NCBI GenBank assembly: GCA_951406725.2
Contig: OX597816.1
Coordinates: 2,232,001 to 2,296,000 of the forward strand
DNA length: 64,000 bases
Origin: Octopus vulgaris
Taxonomy: Eukaryota
Direction of reading: 5' to 3'
Part shown: positions 26,681 to 38,844 of the stretch, piece after piece
Numbering within the stretch: the first letter of the stretch is position 1
Layout: each line of letters starts with the position of its first letter
The notes under the pieces: model-generated
Told to the model about the DNA's origin: nothing
The model's database searches: none
The model's input: the letters and a program-made list of their open reading frames with translations, nothing else
Translations under genes and position numbers: made by a program

Positions 26681-27647
26681 AGTCATCATCATCATCATCA
26701 ACATCACGGACCTCAACTTGTGATCCAAATCTTCTCATTCACAACTTCTACCGTTTTACCTTCCAAACAATTGGAATTAAGGCATTACTTCATCAAATCA
26801 TCACCATATGCTAATATCATTTAGCTCAAGTTTTGTTTATTTTCCTTTTAAAAAAAAAAAAAAATGGAAGTAAAAAATAAATAAAAAAAAAGAATCTTGG
26901 AAACTTTTAAAGTTCACAGATGGTTTTTGCATTCATATAAATACAGCTTTAATATTCAAGTTTGCTTTGCTCATCTCCCAGACGATATTTATTCAGTTCT
27001 CTTTTTTTTAGACACTTTTGCCCGTCTGTCTTACTTGCTAAAATTTAATACAGTGTATAACAGTCTATCTAAACTTGGAGAGAGTTGTAATGGAGTTCTG
27101 GCTCTAATAAACTGCTTCTTTGATTTCAGAGACTTAACCCAGTTGTGAAAAAATTTCTTAACAATTTTTTCTTAAATAAGCTTTCTTAACCTCTTCATTC
27201 ACTTTTGTGTGTTGAGATTTCAGTTTGGTTTTGTTCACCACTTACGATTACTAAGTGTTTCATGAATGAATGTGGATAGTGAAACTGAACTACTTGTGAA
27301 GTGTTTAGCAGTTCTGCCTGCAACTAAAACAACACATAATGGTCATTAGACCAAGCTCCAAATAGAGCGACACAATTCACTGATGTAGACAGTGGGAGCA
27401 CCCAACAATTGCCTAGTGATTTTGTTGTGTTCAGTGTCTTATCTAGAGAGATTTTCTCTCTTTGCTGTAGCAATTGTGGGTAAGAATAGGATCTATGGGT
27501 TTGGGTGATTTGGTGAAGTTTTAGCTTTCTGTGCTTCTCTTCTAAGTGGAGTGAAAGAGGTTGTATGGTAATAGCAGATTATGAACTCATGACTTATTCA
27601 TCTGAGGGAGGAGCTTTCTGAAGACCCATCGATTGTAATTTTCTTAA

Positions 27648-27868
27648 TCCTTCGTTACCATATTTTTGTTGAAATACACTTGTCTTCATTTCATCTAATT
27701 TTGAAAATAACAAAAAATTCAGTAAAATGACCTTGCTATTATTAAGCTGGTGTTTGGAACATGAATTAACAGGAAATTTTGATGGAAAGTTTTAATTTAG
27801 GTAATTTTAGAACAAATTTTGTATCATAAACCTAGAGGTAGTTTCAGGTGGGTCGGTATCCAAAGGGG
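27648..27868 (-). mobile_element. piggyBac-type MITE family 2
   Basis: TTAA at 27644-27647 and 27869-27872; reverse-complement match to 36404-36628. Confidence 0.75.
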
Positions 27869-28269
27869 TTAATTAGAAGTGTACATCGTTTTTCAGTAGC
27901 ATCTTAGAAGACTCAAAAGACTTTTTGTGGATAAACTTAGAAAAATTCCCATCAAATCAGCAAACATTTATGTAATCTTTCACCATTAAATATAAAATAA
28001 TCTAATTTTTCTTTCTGCTTCACTACTTTAAATTTGTGCATTGATTAAAAATTTACAACAGAAAAATCTATATTTTACATGTCTATTGGTGTGGCACTAA
28101 TGACGTTAGAAGAATGTCTTCATGAAATTAATGTTGTACTGTGCCACTCCACAATGAACATCATGGTTTAGACTGGAGAACACTGCATTTACTGTTTAAA
28201 CATTTACCAAGATTATGAATCTAAGATTTTTTTTTTTTTGCACACCCTGTATTTTATGATTGAAATGAG

Positions 28270-28339
28270 AAATATTTTTGCATTTATAATTGTTTAATAC
28301 TTATCGTTATTTTTGTTTTGTTTCTCTTCACAGGTGAGT
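28270..28339 (+). promoter_or_regulatory. Juxtaposed 3' splice site and 5' splice site (candidate recursive splice site)
   Basis: A 62-nt AG-free, T-rich tract (28270-28331) ends ...tttctcttcacAG (28332-28333) and is immediately followed by GTGAGT (28334-28339). Confidence 0.5.
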
Positions 28340-29221
28340 ACAGAAATTATTGCTGTTGGTAGTGAAGCTTCATTTGGTAATGTAACTTATTTTAACAGAT
28401 TTACCCAAAGAAATGAGCAAAAACAAGGGGAAAAAAATGAAAATCATTCATATTCTTTAAGAAATCAGGTATTAAATGTTAGGAACTTAACAATAGATGT
28501 TGTTTAGCTCCAGGTTGGCCTGATTCAGCAGATCTATGATCAGGATGGTCTATCAATGATCATCCAACTTGTGGTTCATATATTCTTCATTATCCAATGT
28601 GTGCTTGTGTAAAGTTAGATTGTAGAGAGATTTAGCTGTTTTTCTTGCAGGTCAAACAACGACATAGAGACTATGTCTTTGGTTTAATGATGGAAGATAT
28701 TTTGATACTTCAGTGGTGTATTTAGTAATGGAAGTTGAGCAAGAAAGACATGGTGGATAGGGATTGAGTTAGTGGAAATTCTGTGAGTAACGAAAAATTT
28801 CTTCTTGTCTACAGAAGCCAATTATAGTTTGGGATATGTCAGAAGTGTTCTTTGTGATAGTATTAGTTGGTTATGGCTGTGAATTAATTGGAAAATGTAT
28901 ACTGAGGAAATGGTAGTGATTGGAGATGAACCAGTTGACTCCTATTGGATGCACGATAGAGTAAAATAGGGAGATATTAATGAAATAAGTAATGGCACCA
29001 TTTGAGAAGAAAAGACAAACACGTTTGTATGAAATGGGAACAGAAATGGATGATATATGCTGGTTAAAAATCTCAATAGGTTTTGGTTAAAGTAAATGTA
29101 TACAGATCAACAATACTTAAAAAGAATTAGTTTGAGGAGATCTGAGGTGATAATATTTCATAGACGAAACCTTCTAGAATTGAGACAGAAGGTATGCTGA
29201 ATATGCAGACCTGACTAATCT

Positions 29222-29637
29222 GGATCTTTTCGGTTTGAACGGCAGCTTTTAACGTAATTTCTAGCTAACTAAAAAATTTTAAACTTCGTATACTGGTAGA
29301 ATGTGTTTATAAAACATCTTTTTCTCTTGGCTTTATTGAGAAAATTCTATACTTTGTAAGATATTTGGTCTTTACTTTCTTGCATTTCGGCAATTTCAAC
29401 CAATCAATGACCGTCTATTGAGGTGAAAACATTCTGTGCCGTATGAATATGTCCTTCGTTTAAGAAACAGATTGGGTTTATTTACATTTGTGAAGAAAAA
29501 AAGATACCCTTCCCCCACCCCTAACCCTAACCCTAAAAGAGATTGAAATGCAATAGATCAATTCTAGGGTCATAATTATGGGTGGCAATTTCATATGACA
29601 CCACTAGAAAAAACTGCCGTTCAAACCAAAAAGATCC
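29222..29637. mobile_element. Non-autonomous DNA transposon (MITE), ~28-bp TIRs, 8-bp TSD, internal (CCCTAA)3
   Basis: TSD ACTAATCT at 29214-29221 and 29638-29645; TIRs GGATCTTTTCGGTTTGAACGGCAG / CTGCCGTTCAAACCAAAAAGATCC; telomeric-type repeat at 29519-29536. Confidence 0.9.
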
Positions 29638-30971
29638 ACTAATCTATAACAGCATAAAATAATGGTAATATTGAATTTGTATCATCCTCAACAACATCTT
29701 CATCGTTTAATGTCCACTTTCTGTGCTAGCATTGGTTGGACAGTTTGACAGGAGCTGGACAGGTAGAAGGCTACACCAGACTCCTGTGCTTGCTTTGGTA
29801 GGGTTTTTTTGGCTGGATGCCCTTCCTAACACCAACCACCCTGCAGAATAGACTGAGTGCTTTATACATGGCACCAGCACAAACAAGGTCAATTTTGGCA
29901 TGGTTTTTCCAGCTGGATACCCTTCCAAATGCCAACCACTTGATGTTTTCTACATGGCACCAGTGCCAGCAGCGTTACCAAGTAACTTGCAAGACAGGGG
30001 AGGGGGCATTGGGGGAGGGGATCTTCATTTCAGAGGATGAAAGATTATAGTGAGACACAGATACAGAAACTGCTGTAGAGGAGGTTGTATGTTTTCAGTA
30101 AATAGGTGAAAGGGATATTATTTCATTCTGCACTGATACATTTGAACTAATGCTCATCTTGTTGTTTCAGCACAACATTTCAGCTGTTGTTCCATTCAGC
30201 CAACTTCAGGTGTTTGTTATACTTAGTAATGTTCTTGGAATTTTGAATTGAATCCTTTATTAAATATTCACAGAAGGGGAATAGGTCTTGTTCCACTGGA
30301 AATAATGAATTTTGTAAAAGAACTCTGTCGTTATTCTGCTGGTATTTGGAACGTAAATTTACTTGAGATTTTCACAGAAGGTTTTAACTTAGATCATTTT
30401 AAAACAAGAAATTTATATCATAGAACAAGGGGTAGTCAGGTAGATTGGTATTAAATAGGTTAAAGACCATAAGTGTCCAGCAACAGGACTACATCACAAT
30501 GCTGTACAAGAAAGAAAATAGAAGATCTATTGAAAGAAACCAGGAACTCTTGGAATACCATCCAGGCTCTAGATATGATAGATTAACAATGTTTTTATTG
30601 CTTTGCACAATCTCTGATCTCTGTTACATAATGTTTCAAGTAGACTACATTATATTGCTATGGTATAGCACACTGTGTCTATGACATTTAACTCAGCGTT
30701 GCTAATTATGAAAAAAAAAAAAAAAAATTCCTCTTTAGGTTTGAGAGCCACTTGAAAGTCAGTGCTTAGCTGTAGTTTCATGGAGATGATAAATAAATCT
30801 TCTTCTAATAAGCTGCTAGTCTGATATGGATGACATTCCTAGAGGATCCAGTGTTTTTTCCTGATAAAGGGATCTGAAGTAATGTGCAAAAATGTGTGCT
30901 GTTCAAAATGCAGCAGATGCCTGCAATGAATTTGAAGTTATAACTTGCAAATTTATATTCCAGCAATGTGT

Positions 30972-31006
<35 letters not shown>

Positions 31007-31371
31007 TGTGGTGGTGTTGATGTGATGTCATCTGAAAATGAATTTAAAGACTTTTAACTTAATGTAATAAACGTTTGGGTTTTTAAAAAGCTGCTTCTTA
31101 AATACCTGTTAGCAAGAGATTTCATGTAACGTGTGGAAAAGATTAATAAATACATTAAGAATGGCAAGATTGATTCTAGTAAAGAATATAGACAAGTTGA
31201 ATGAAGTGCTAGCCATTTTATTATGCATGTGTCAAAATCATACGATACAACACTGCTGCTGAAAGTAAAGCAAACCAAACAGTATTAAGGACTTAATCAC
31301 TCTTCACATGTACTAAATTACAATGTAAACCAATCAGGTCTGGAATTGGGAAAGGTGCGTGTGTGTGTGTA

Positions 31372-32238
31372 TAGGGTGTGGTGAATACATTGTCATCTAA
31401 GTTACGCAAAAATGAAAATAACACTGGCATCTCATTTTAACAGATATATTTACCAGAATTAAATAAAAATATCTTGAAACACTAAAGAGTAAATTTATTC
31501 AATAAAATTGCCATTGGTTTCAACCATGGTCACCAGACGACTTTGGAATCTCTTGCAACTCTTCTGGATGGCCTCCTTGTTGAAGTTGGTGAATGCTGCC
31601 ATAAGCCTTGCCTTCAGTTCATCTTAGGTGTTACAAGGTGTTTTGTTGGTCGCTTGCTTAATTGTGCCCCCACACACAATAATTAAGGGGGTTGCAGTCT
31701 GGTGACCAGATGTTAGGAGTGATGTGGTCGCAGAAATTGTCTGATAGCCATGACTGGGTTCTCCTGCTTGTGTGATACAGTGCAGAGTTCTGTTGCCAGA
31801 CATAGGGTCTTCCAGCAGCTACCCTCCTCAGCCAGGGCAGCACTACCTCCTCCAGGAACTTGGTGTAGGCCTCCGTGTTGAGTCTGAGGCCGTGTGGGAA
31901 GATGAATGGAGGCATAACGTTGCCATCACTATTGATCACTCCAGACACCATGATGTTGACTGGATGTTTGATTTTTATCACTCTCGGTACATTTCCTCAG
32001 ACTGACACCCAAACACTCTGTAATGTTCATAGCGGAGCTTCTAGCACACATACCAAGCTGTACAGCATGTTGTTTCCAAATTTCTGGCAGAGTGAATTGC
32101 ATCATGGCGCTGATTTTCTCATAGACAGTGCCCAACTGACCCTACAATACTGTGTATTTGACAAAATCAAAAACAAACAATGCACATGTGCGAAATTAAA
32201 AGAATATAAAATGATGGCAATTTACCCATCTCACCCTG
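31372..32238 (-). mobile_element. Internally deleted Tc1/mariner element, maT (DD37D)-like, dead transposase
   Basis: TA flanks (31370-71, 32239-40) with imperfect TIRs (t/c)AGGGTG...ATTG(t/c)CATC. The minus ORF 31658-31981 reads KHPVNIMVSGVI..DG.VMPPFIF...WQQNSA..HTSRRTQSWL...NIWSPDCNPLNYCVWG. Confidence 0.9.
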
Positions 32239-33376
32239 TATTTGTAATACTTTCATACCAAACCCCTTACAATCCAAAGAGTCAAAATCATAAAGACATA
32301 ATTTTTCTGGAGCCAATCCCATCAATTTTGTTGCCCTCTCTCTCTTTCTCTCTCCCCTTCCTCCCCCTCTCATAGTAACAACAACAACACTCTACACATG
32401 CAGAGAGAGACCTCTGGTAGTATAACTATTTTAAGAGGTTGTATTACTACCATTTAAATGCACCCTTACACACACTACTCCTATGAATGTGAGGAGTTTT
32501 GGCTGCTATTCACCTATAGCAGTAATATCATTTCTTTTCTGTTTTCTTTTCTGTTTGCAAATAACCTTTTTTGTTTTACATAACTTTTTTGATGTAACGT
32601 GTAAGACCCTTTATATTTGATGGTGGCAGGGAACATCATGGAAACGTAGCTGTGTTTTAGAATATTAAACTTATCCACCTTTGCACACACTTTCTTGATT
32701 TTTAGTCATGTTTCCAGTATGTTTGTGAGAGAGAGAGAGAGAAATAGAAAAAGAAAAAGAGAGTTTATGTGTATAATAAGATGAGTGTGTGTATGTGTGA
32801 AGGAAGGGTGTTGGAGCTGTACCCCTGTGCATATAAATGTGTGGGTATGTGTGGGTGTTTAGAAGATATTTTTAAAGGTGTGTATGTGTGTGTGTATCCA
32901 TACACATCACCATAACATCCACTTTTCCATGCTTGCGAGAGTCAAACAGTTTTATTGAAGACAAGGAGCCACAAACGTACACACTTACTCACACACATCT
33001 ATACATACATATGACAGTCTTCCTTCATTTCTGTCTATCAAATCCACTCACACGGCTCTGATCAACCCAGGGCTATAATAGAAGATATTTGGCCACAGTA
33101 CCATACAATGACTGAAACCAAAACCATGTGGTTAGGAAACAACCTCACAGCCACACCCTTTCCAAGTTTCCTCTCCAATTCTTTCTTCATTTCTATCTCT
33201 TTTTGTTTCTTTATTCTCCGTCTTTTGCCTTTCTTTTGCTCTCCTCCTCTCTCCCTCTTGTTTCTTCTTCTCAACCAATTGTTTTTCTTCTATTTCCCCC
33301 CTCAGAATACTTACAAAATGCCTCACCATCTTTCCTACTCTTGATATTAGTTCTTCATAACACAATGCAATAAAGT

Positions 33377-33473
33377 GTTCCCTGATGATCCCTTCTGGTT
33401 AAGCATCCAAATGCACGTGGAACTCCCAGTGGAGGGTTCCAGGCAACTATAATGGTGAAACATTTGTAGGAAC
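33377..33473 (+). ncRNA. Type I hammerhead ribozyme motif (imperfect stem II base)
   Basis: Stem I GTTCC(33377-81)/GGAAC(33469-73); core CTGATGA 33382-88; extended stem II; GAAA 33457-60; stem III ACA-tt-TGT; GUA cleavage triplet ending at 33468. The first stem II pair is U.U. Confidence 0.7.
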
Positions 33474-35834
33474 TAAGAGTATAAACTTGTGGTTATCTTC
33501 ATTTTTCACACACACACACACATTGTATAAATACATGTTTTGACACATATACATGTGTGATTATAGTTCTTTGTGTTTTGATTGGTTATTTGTAGAAATT
33601 TGATGATCCAGGAATACTTGGAAATGGCATTCTAATTTCTAATCAGTTTGGTGTTTGTTTATGCTTCGCTTTTTTTGAGAGATTATCAACTTTGCTTAGT
33701 TTATCTTTATTCCATGTTAAAATGATTCCATGTCTAAACAAACATCAGATTGAAGTCTGGCATATGGATTCGGTTATGCCAACTCCTTGTTCATTATGTC
33801 TTGTACTGTTCATTTGATACCTGTTCTTCTTCCCCGTTTGTTACCTTTCAGTGGTATCATCAGCAAGATAATCCTCTCCATACATCATACAGCTGTTTCC
33901 TATTCTATTTTCTATTAATTGATAAAAAGCAACTAAACTGAAGGGTTTTTTTTCTTTTGTGTGTGTGTGTGTGTGTGTATGTTCAAATTGCTATAAATCT
34001 TTCCAGTGAAAGTAAGAAGTTATTTAATCTAATAAATAAATAAATTAAGAAAGAAAAAAAAGGCAGAGAGAAATTCAGTAACATCATCTTCATACTGGAA
34101 AGTTCTGACTTGTCAGTTGTCTTTCAACTTTAGATTACATAAGAATTGAATGTGTTCTTTTATTAATCTTCCTTTGGCATTCTAGAATTGCTATATATTT
34201 TTTTACACACACACACACACTTGTTTGTACGCATATGTCAGAAACTAGACCGTATTGCCGTAAACAAGAAAGCCGTTTAGAGAGATATACTGGGAAAAAC
34301 ATTGTCATTATCAATTTAATGCTTGTTATTTCATTTTGGTACAACATACCTGGCTTCCGTTTGGTTATATGTTTTACACCTGTAACACATTGTGCTATTT
34401 CTGATACATTATTCAAAGTTCGTCAACTGACAACTTCTCTGCACATTTCAAATTGGTGGCATTACATGTCAGTCATTAGATATGATATTAGGTTTTACAG
34501 AAACTGTAACGGAATTTACTACATTTTATCTGCCGACTTCATTTTCATATATTGTGTTTGATTTTGTACAGGAAATTGGTGTTTCTTTCATCTGCTTCTT
34601 TCAATGAGAACCTGAGAAATACATTCAAGTGTGCTAAGAATTAAGTCTGAGAAGCAGCTCATATCTTTCGGGCTGTATTATATGTATATTTTTAAGGGTT
34701 TTGTTCCCGAGAAAGACATTTATAGTCCAAACACATCTTTAAGTAGAAGGGAAGAGTTGAGGTTGAACTTTCTTTCAAATTAAAATTTGTGTTTAACTAA
34801 AGTAGAAGAATATGAGATGGGGTCTGAATACACAAAAAATGATTTTGTGGTGTTTCAGAAAAGTTAGGGTAACAAATTATGCAATGATCCAAGTGAATTT
34901 TACATGGAGTTAGGAAATTTAGAAACGTGAGCCCTATTACGGTCCCTTTTCTGTTCATTTTTCTATTGTTTTGTGTTTGCTCTGTGTACTCTTGACTCTC
35001 ATCGTTGCCTTTCTTTAATTGAATTGTTGCTGCTTCCTGTCCCCACTTTTAGCCTATTCTGATGAGCTGTAGGGAACTTAAGCATTCTCATCATCATCAA
35101 ACATCCCCTTTTCTATGCTCTGTATTATTTTACTAGCAAAGTAAATTGCAACTGATTGCCTGGTCATTGGCTGTAGATATTCAGGAGTTTCTCGTGGAGC
35201 AGATGTCTTTTAAAAAGACAGAGCAGGACAGATTATTTCATTTGGAAATTAATTTTTATGAGAATTATAAGTAATTATTTTTAAACATTGCAGTGTTTAA
35301 AACATTTTATGTCCCCCACTTCTTTTCTTTTTTTTTTAAGAACACCAAAATGGCAGCAATTAGTTTTCTTTTAAGGTATTGCTGGAACGTTCATGCTCTT
35401 TGAAATTCATGTTGGATTTTAGATGAACAATTGATTGCTAGTTGGATTACTAGAAACACCGAAAGTGTTGAAGTGATCCACAACAGTTGTTTCCTCTTCT
35501 CTGACTAATTGGTCCAACTAAAGAAGATGATAATCTCCATGAATTGTGGGGAAAGAAGAAGCGTTTGTGTGTAACTGCAGTTGAGATTGTATTCTTTGAT
35601 TAGTGGGTGGGATGTGTGTGTGGGTAGGAGCATAGCTGACGTCAAGAAAATTTTATTGTTTAAAATTTATTAAAGATTTATTCTGTGGTCCAAAATGAAT
35701 TGATCTTTATTTTGTCACACTTTCAAGTCATTAAAAGAAATGACATTTGATAAAAAAAAGTGTTTGAATAAATAAAAGTGAATAACTATAAAAAAAAATA
35801 AAAGCAAAATATGAGAATTCAAAAGACAAAATTA

Positions 35835-36049
35835 TTTTTTACATTATTTATACTATTTACATTTGATGAGTATTTGTCCTCACCTTGTTCGTTTCGACTG
35901 ATATACCCTCCAGCCTTGGGGAAATTTCGAACCTGGGTTCTCATTCCTAAGGTATTTTTCGATGTTGCTATTATTATTCAGGTCACTGCCTGGAATCAAA
36001 CTCAGAATCTTGGGGTTAGTAGCCCGTGCTCTTAACCATTATGCCATAT
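35835..36049 (-). mobile_element. tRNA-headed SINE-like element with hammerhead 3'-half remnant
   Basis: Minus strand: A-box TGGCATAATGG, anticodon-like arm GGGctactaaCCC and B-box GTTTGATTCC; the body has hairpin GGCTG-gagggtatat-CAGTC followed by GAAACG. Confidence 0.65.
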
Positions 36050-36156
36050 TTTTATTCTGTTTATTTGATAGCAAATTTGAATTTCCTCTCTGTGATAGTT
36101 TCTGAGGCATGATACAAATTGAGTGAAAATACAAACAGCACTGTTTAACATTTCAG

Positions 36157-36288
36157 TGGTGGCGGCAGCAGCGATAGTGTGGATTTTTGCCTCATTATCG
36201 GTCTATTTCCTTATTTGTACCTTCAGTGATACGGAATTTCATTTGCACAAAGCCATAATTGTACGACAAGATTTGAAATCCACTGAAC
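36157..36288 (+). CDS. Candidate 132-nt symmetric (phase 1-1) exon encoding a transmembrane segment
   Basis: tttaacatttcAG|...|GTaaat boundaries; open frame VAAAAIVWIFASLSVYFLICTFSDTEFHLHKAIIVRQDLKSTE; CpG-rich relative to flanks. No recognisable homology and the donor is weak. Confidence 0.25.
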
Positions 36289-36403
36289 GTAAATGAATGA
36301 TGCATTCTCAAAATGACATTTTATCATAAACAAAATTACATGGGATCAATTTACTTCAGTAAACCATGTTTATAATTCTTGGTATTTTTGGTATTTTTCT
36401 TAA

Positions 36404-36628
36404 CCCTTTTGCTACCAGCCTGCCTGAGACTGCCCCTGCTTCTATGATTGAAACTTTTTTTTTTTTTATATAAGGTGATTTAAATTAAAACTTTCCATCA
36501 AAATTTCAGGTTAATTTATGCTTGAAACATTGTTAAGCCAATGACAAAATTATTTTACTAAATTCATTATTTTAAAAATTAATTGAAATAGAGTCAGTGT
36601 ATTTCACAGAAATTTGGTAACAAAAGGG
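36404..36628 (+). mobile_element. piggyBac-type MITE family 2 (best copy)
   Basis: TTAA at 36400-36403 and 36629-36632; 14-bp TIR CCCTTTTGCTACCA / TGGTAACAAAAGGG with one mismatch. Other copies at ~4070-4275, 18940, 27648, 30250-30460, 45326 (5' half) and 46966. Confidence 0.85.
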
Positions 36629-38673
36629 TTAAGGCAAGATACATTAAAACAATAAATAAAGCTAAATATATCAGATTGGCCTAAAGTATGTTATGATTTC
36701 AAACTGATGCAAAGTCTGTGCTTCCTGATTCATTCCTCATCTGCTTTGGTAATTTTCTGCTGCTGTTTGAAGTGTTTCTATGTAGATATAGTAATTTCAA
36801 TATACTATGAGGTATTATAACAGTGATTATACTGTGTGCGTACATGTACACATACTTTTGTGTATGTATATGTACATGTATGCATACATGCATGTATATT
36901 TACATAAAGCTGAAGGAACATATCTCTTTTTTGATTTCAAATATATAAATGACCTGCTCAAATTCACCAACAAAGATAACATGCACACACAGACATGTAC
37001 AGCTTTTATAAATCTTTTTTTTTTAAAAAAAAACAAACAAACAAAAGTGTAGAGAACCATGATAGAACCATTCATTGATATCTGCTGTTAAAACAATTTG
37101 GCATTGAGAACGGCATTGCTCTTCACAAACTTTACGGAAAGTGAGCCAAGCTCTGTAAGCTGATTGGTATAACTGGAGTAAATTAAATAGCATACTGTAT
37201 CATAGAAGATAAATATTTAGTTTGAGCAGCTCATATGAACATGAACATGACACCATATATCAGTGTATGTTTGTGTATGTGCACAGGCAAGGCTACAGTT
37301 ACAGGCAGGGTAGAGTTGTGTGGTTAAGAAGTTCACTTTGAAGCCATGTGGTTAGTAGGTCAATTCTGTTGCACGGACACTGCCAATTGCTGTTGTCTGC
37401 AATAGCAGTGGTTTGGCCAATATTTTTCTAATGAAATTAGTTGATGAAAACTGAAAGAAGCCTGACATGTATATTAGATATGTGTATATGCATACATGCA
37501 TGTATATGGCATATGCATTTGAATGAGTGCATATCCATCTCCCCCCCCCACCTTCCTGTCTTGACATGTTGTGCACTGAGTGTAAACGAAAAGCCTCACT
37601 GCTCACACAAACACTATGGAAGCATGTCCAGGTTGTTTGTTGTTTGATAGACTGCATTAATTACTCCGTTGCATGGAAGTATGGAGGGTTGGCACCAGGG
37701 AGGGAATCGTAGATAATCTTGTCTCAATGAAGTCTCATTTGACGCATTGCAAGCACGATAGCATTTGTAATGTTTGTCTTCTTCTTTGTTGTTGTTGTTG
37801 TTGCAGGGGAGTCCAGAGCTTAACAAAACAGTTAATGTTATCTTTGCTTATTCCAAAATGTTGCTTTTCTTTGTTACTCTTCATAATGGCCCCTTCTGGA
37901 AATTACAATGATTTTCTTTTCTTTTTTTTTTCTCTAAATATATTAACTTCCAGTTGTTTCTCACTTTTCTCTTACGTTGCTGTGTTTATTTGTTGAACAA
38001 TCACTGCACAAGGCTTTGTATTTCTTCCTTCTTGGCCCATGGCCTGAAAATACCACACAAGGTGTATAGAGACATGTGTGTGAAACATTTATCTTTGGCA
38101 AGATGTCTATATTCAGAAATTATTATTAACATCACTTATCAGTGACAGACACATGGTAGGATGATAAGTTTTTGTTGGATGGGGGCTGTGACCCAGTTTT
38201 GATTCTCCGCCCTTAATTTACTATTTTCCATATCAGGTTAATGCTTTCACTTGATATGTTAATGCCCCTGGGAGAGGCATGAACAACACATTCCAGTTCA
38301 CTTCACATATTTGTACTTAATAAATTCTAGCTAGCTGTTGGCTATTTAATATAGTTTTAGAATAGGCTTTACCCACCTCAGGAGCTATTTTGTCTCAGGA
38401 ATTTATTTATTTCTCTCACAGCTTACCTCTGACCTGGTTCCTGTTAATTTACTTTCTCATTAACAGTTTCATAAACATAAGACATAATTTTATGTATACA
38501 GTACATACTGCTGCTGCTGCTAGTAGTAGTAGTAGTAGCAGCAGCAGCAGCTTTATTTAGTTTCTGTTGCTTGAGAAAGATGAAATGTGGTGTTCTAGTG
38601 AATATCACTGGAACGATTGTTGTTTTTTGACAGGAGTAGTAAAAAAAAAGCCTGAAGTGCAGATGAGGTTAGG

Positions 38674-38809
38674 TGGAGGTATGGCCAGTCATGCAGTTTC
38701 AGGTTCAGTCCCACTGCACAGCATCTTGGGTAAGTGTCTTCTAGGATAGCCCCATGCTGACCAAAGCCTTATGAGTAGATTTGATTGGACAGAAACTGAC
38801 AAAGCCCAT

Positions 38810-38844
<35 letters not shown>

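Noticed and set aside
30145-30215. Possible 39-nt exon (ctaat...tttcAG|...CAG|GTgttt)
   Set aside because: Weak donor and several competing AGs; unsupported without RNA data.
34235-34561. 108-aa ORF in non-repetitive DNA
   Set aside because: No motif, composition typical of AT-rich non-coding DNA and no convincing splice boundaries.
35058-35095. CTGATGA motif suggesting a hammerhead
   Set aside because: No GAAA, stem III or stem I partner follows at a workable position.
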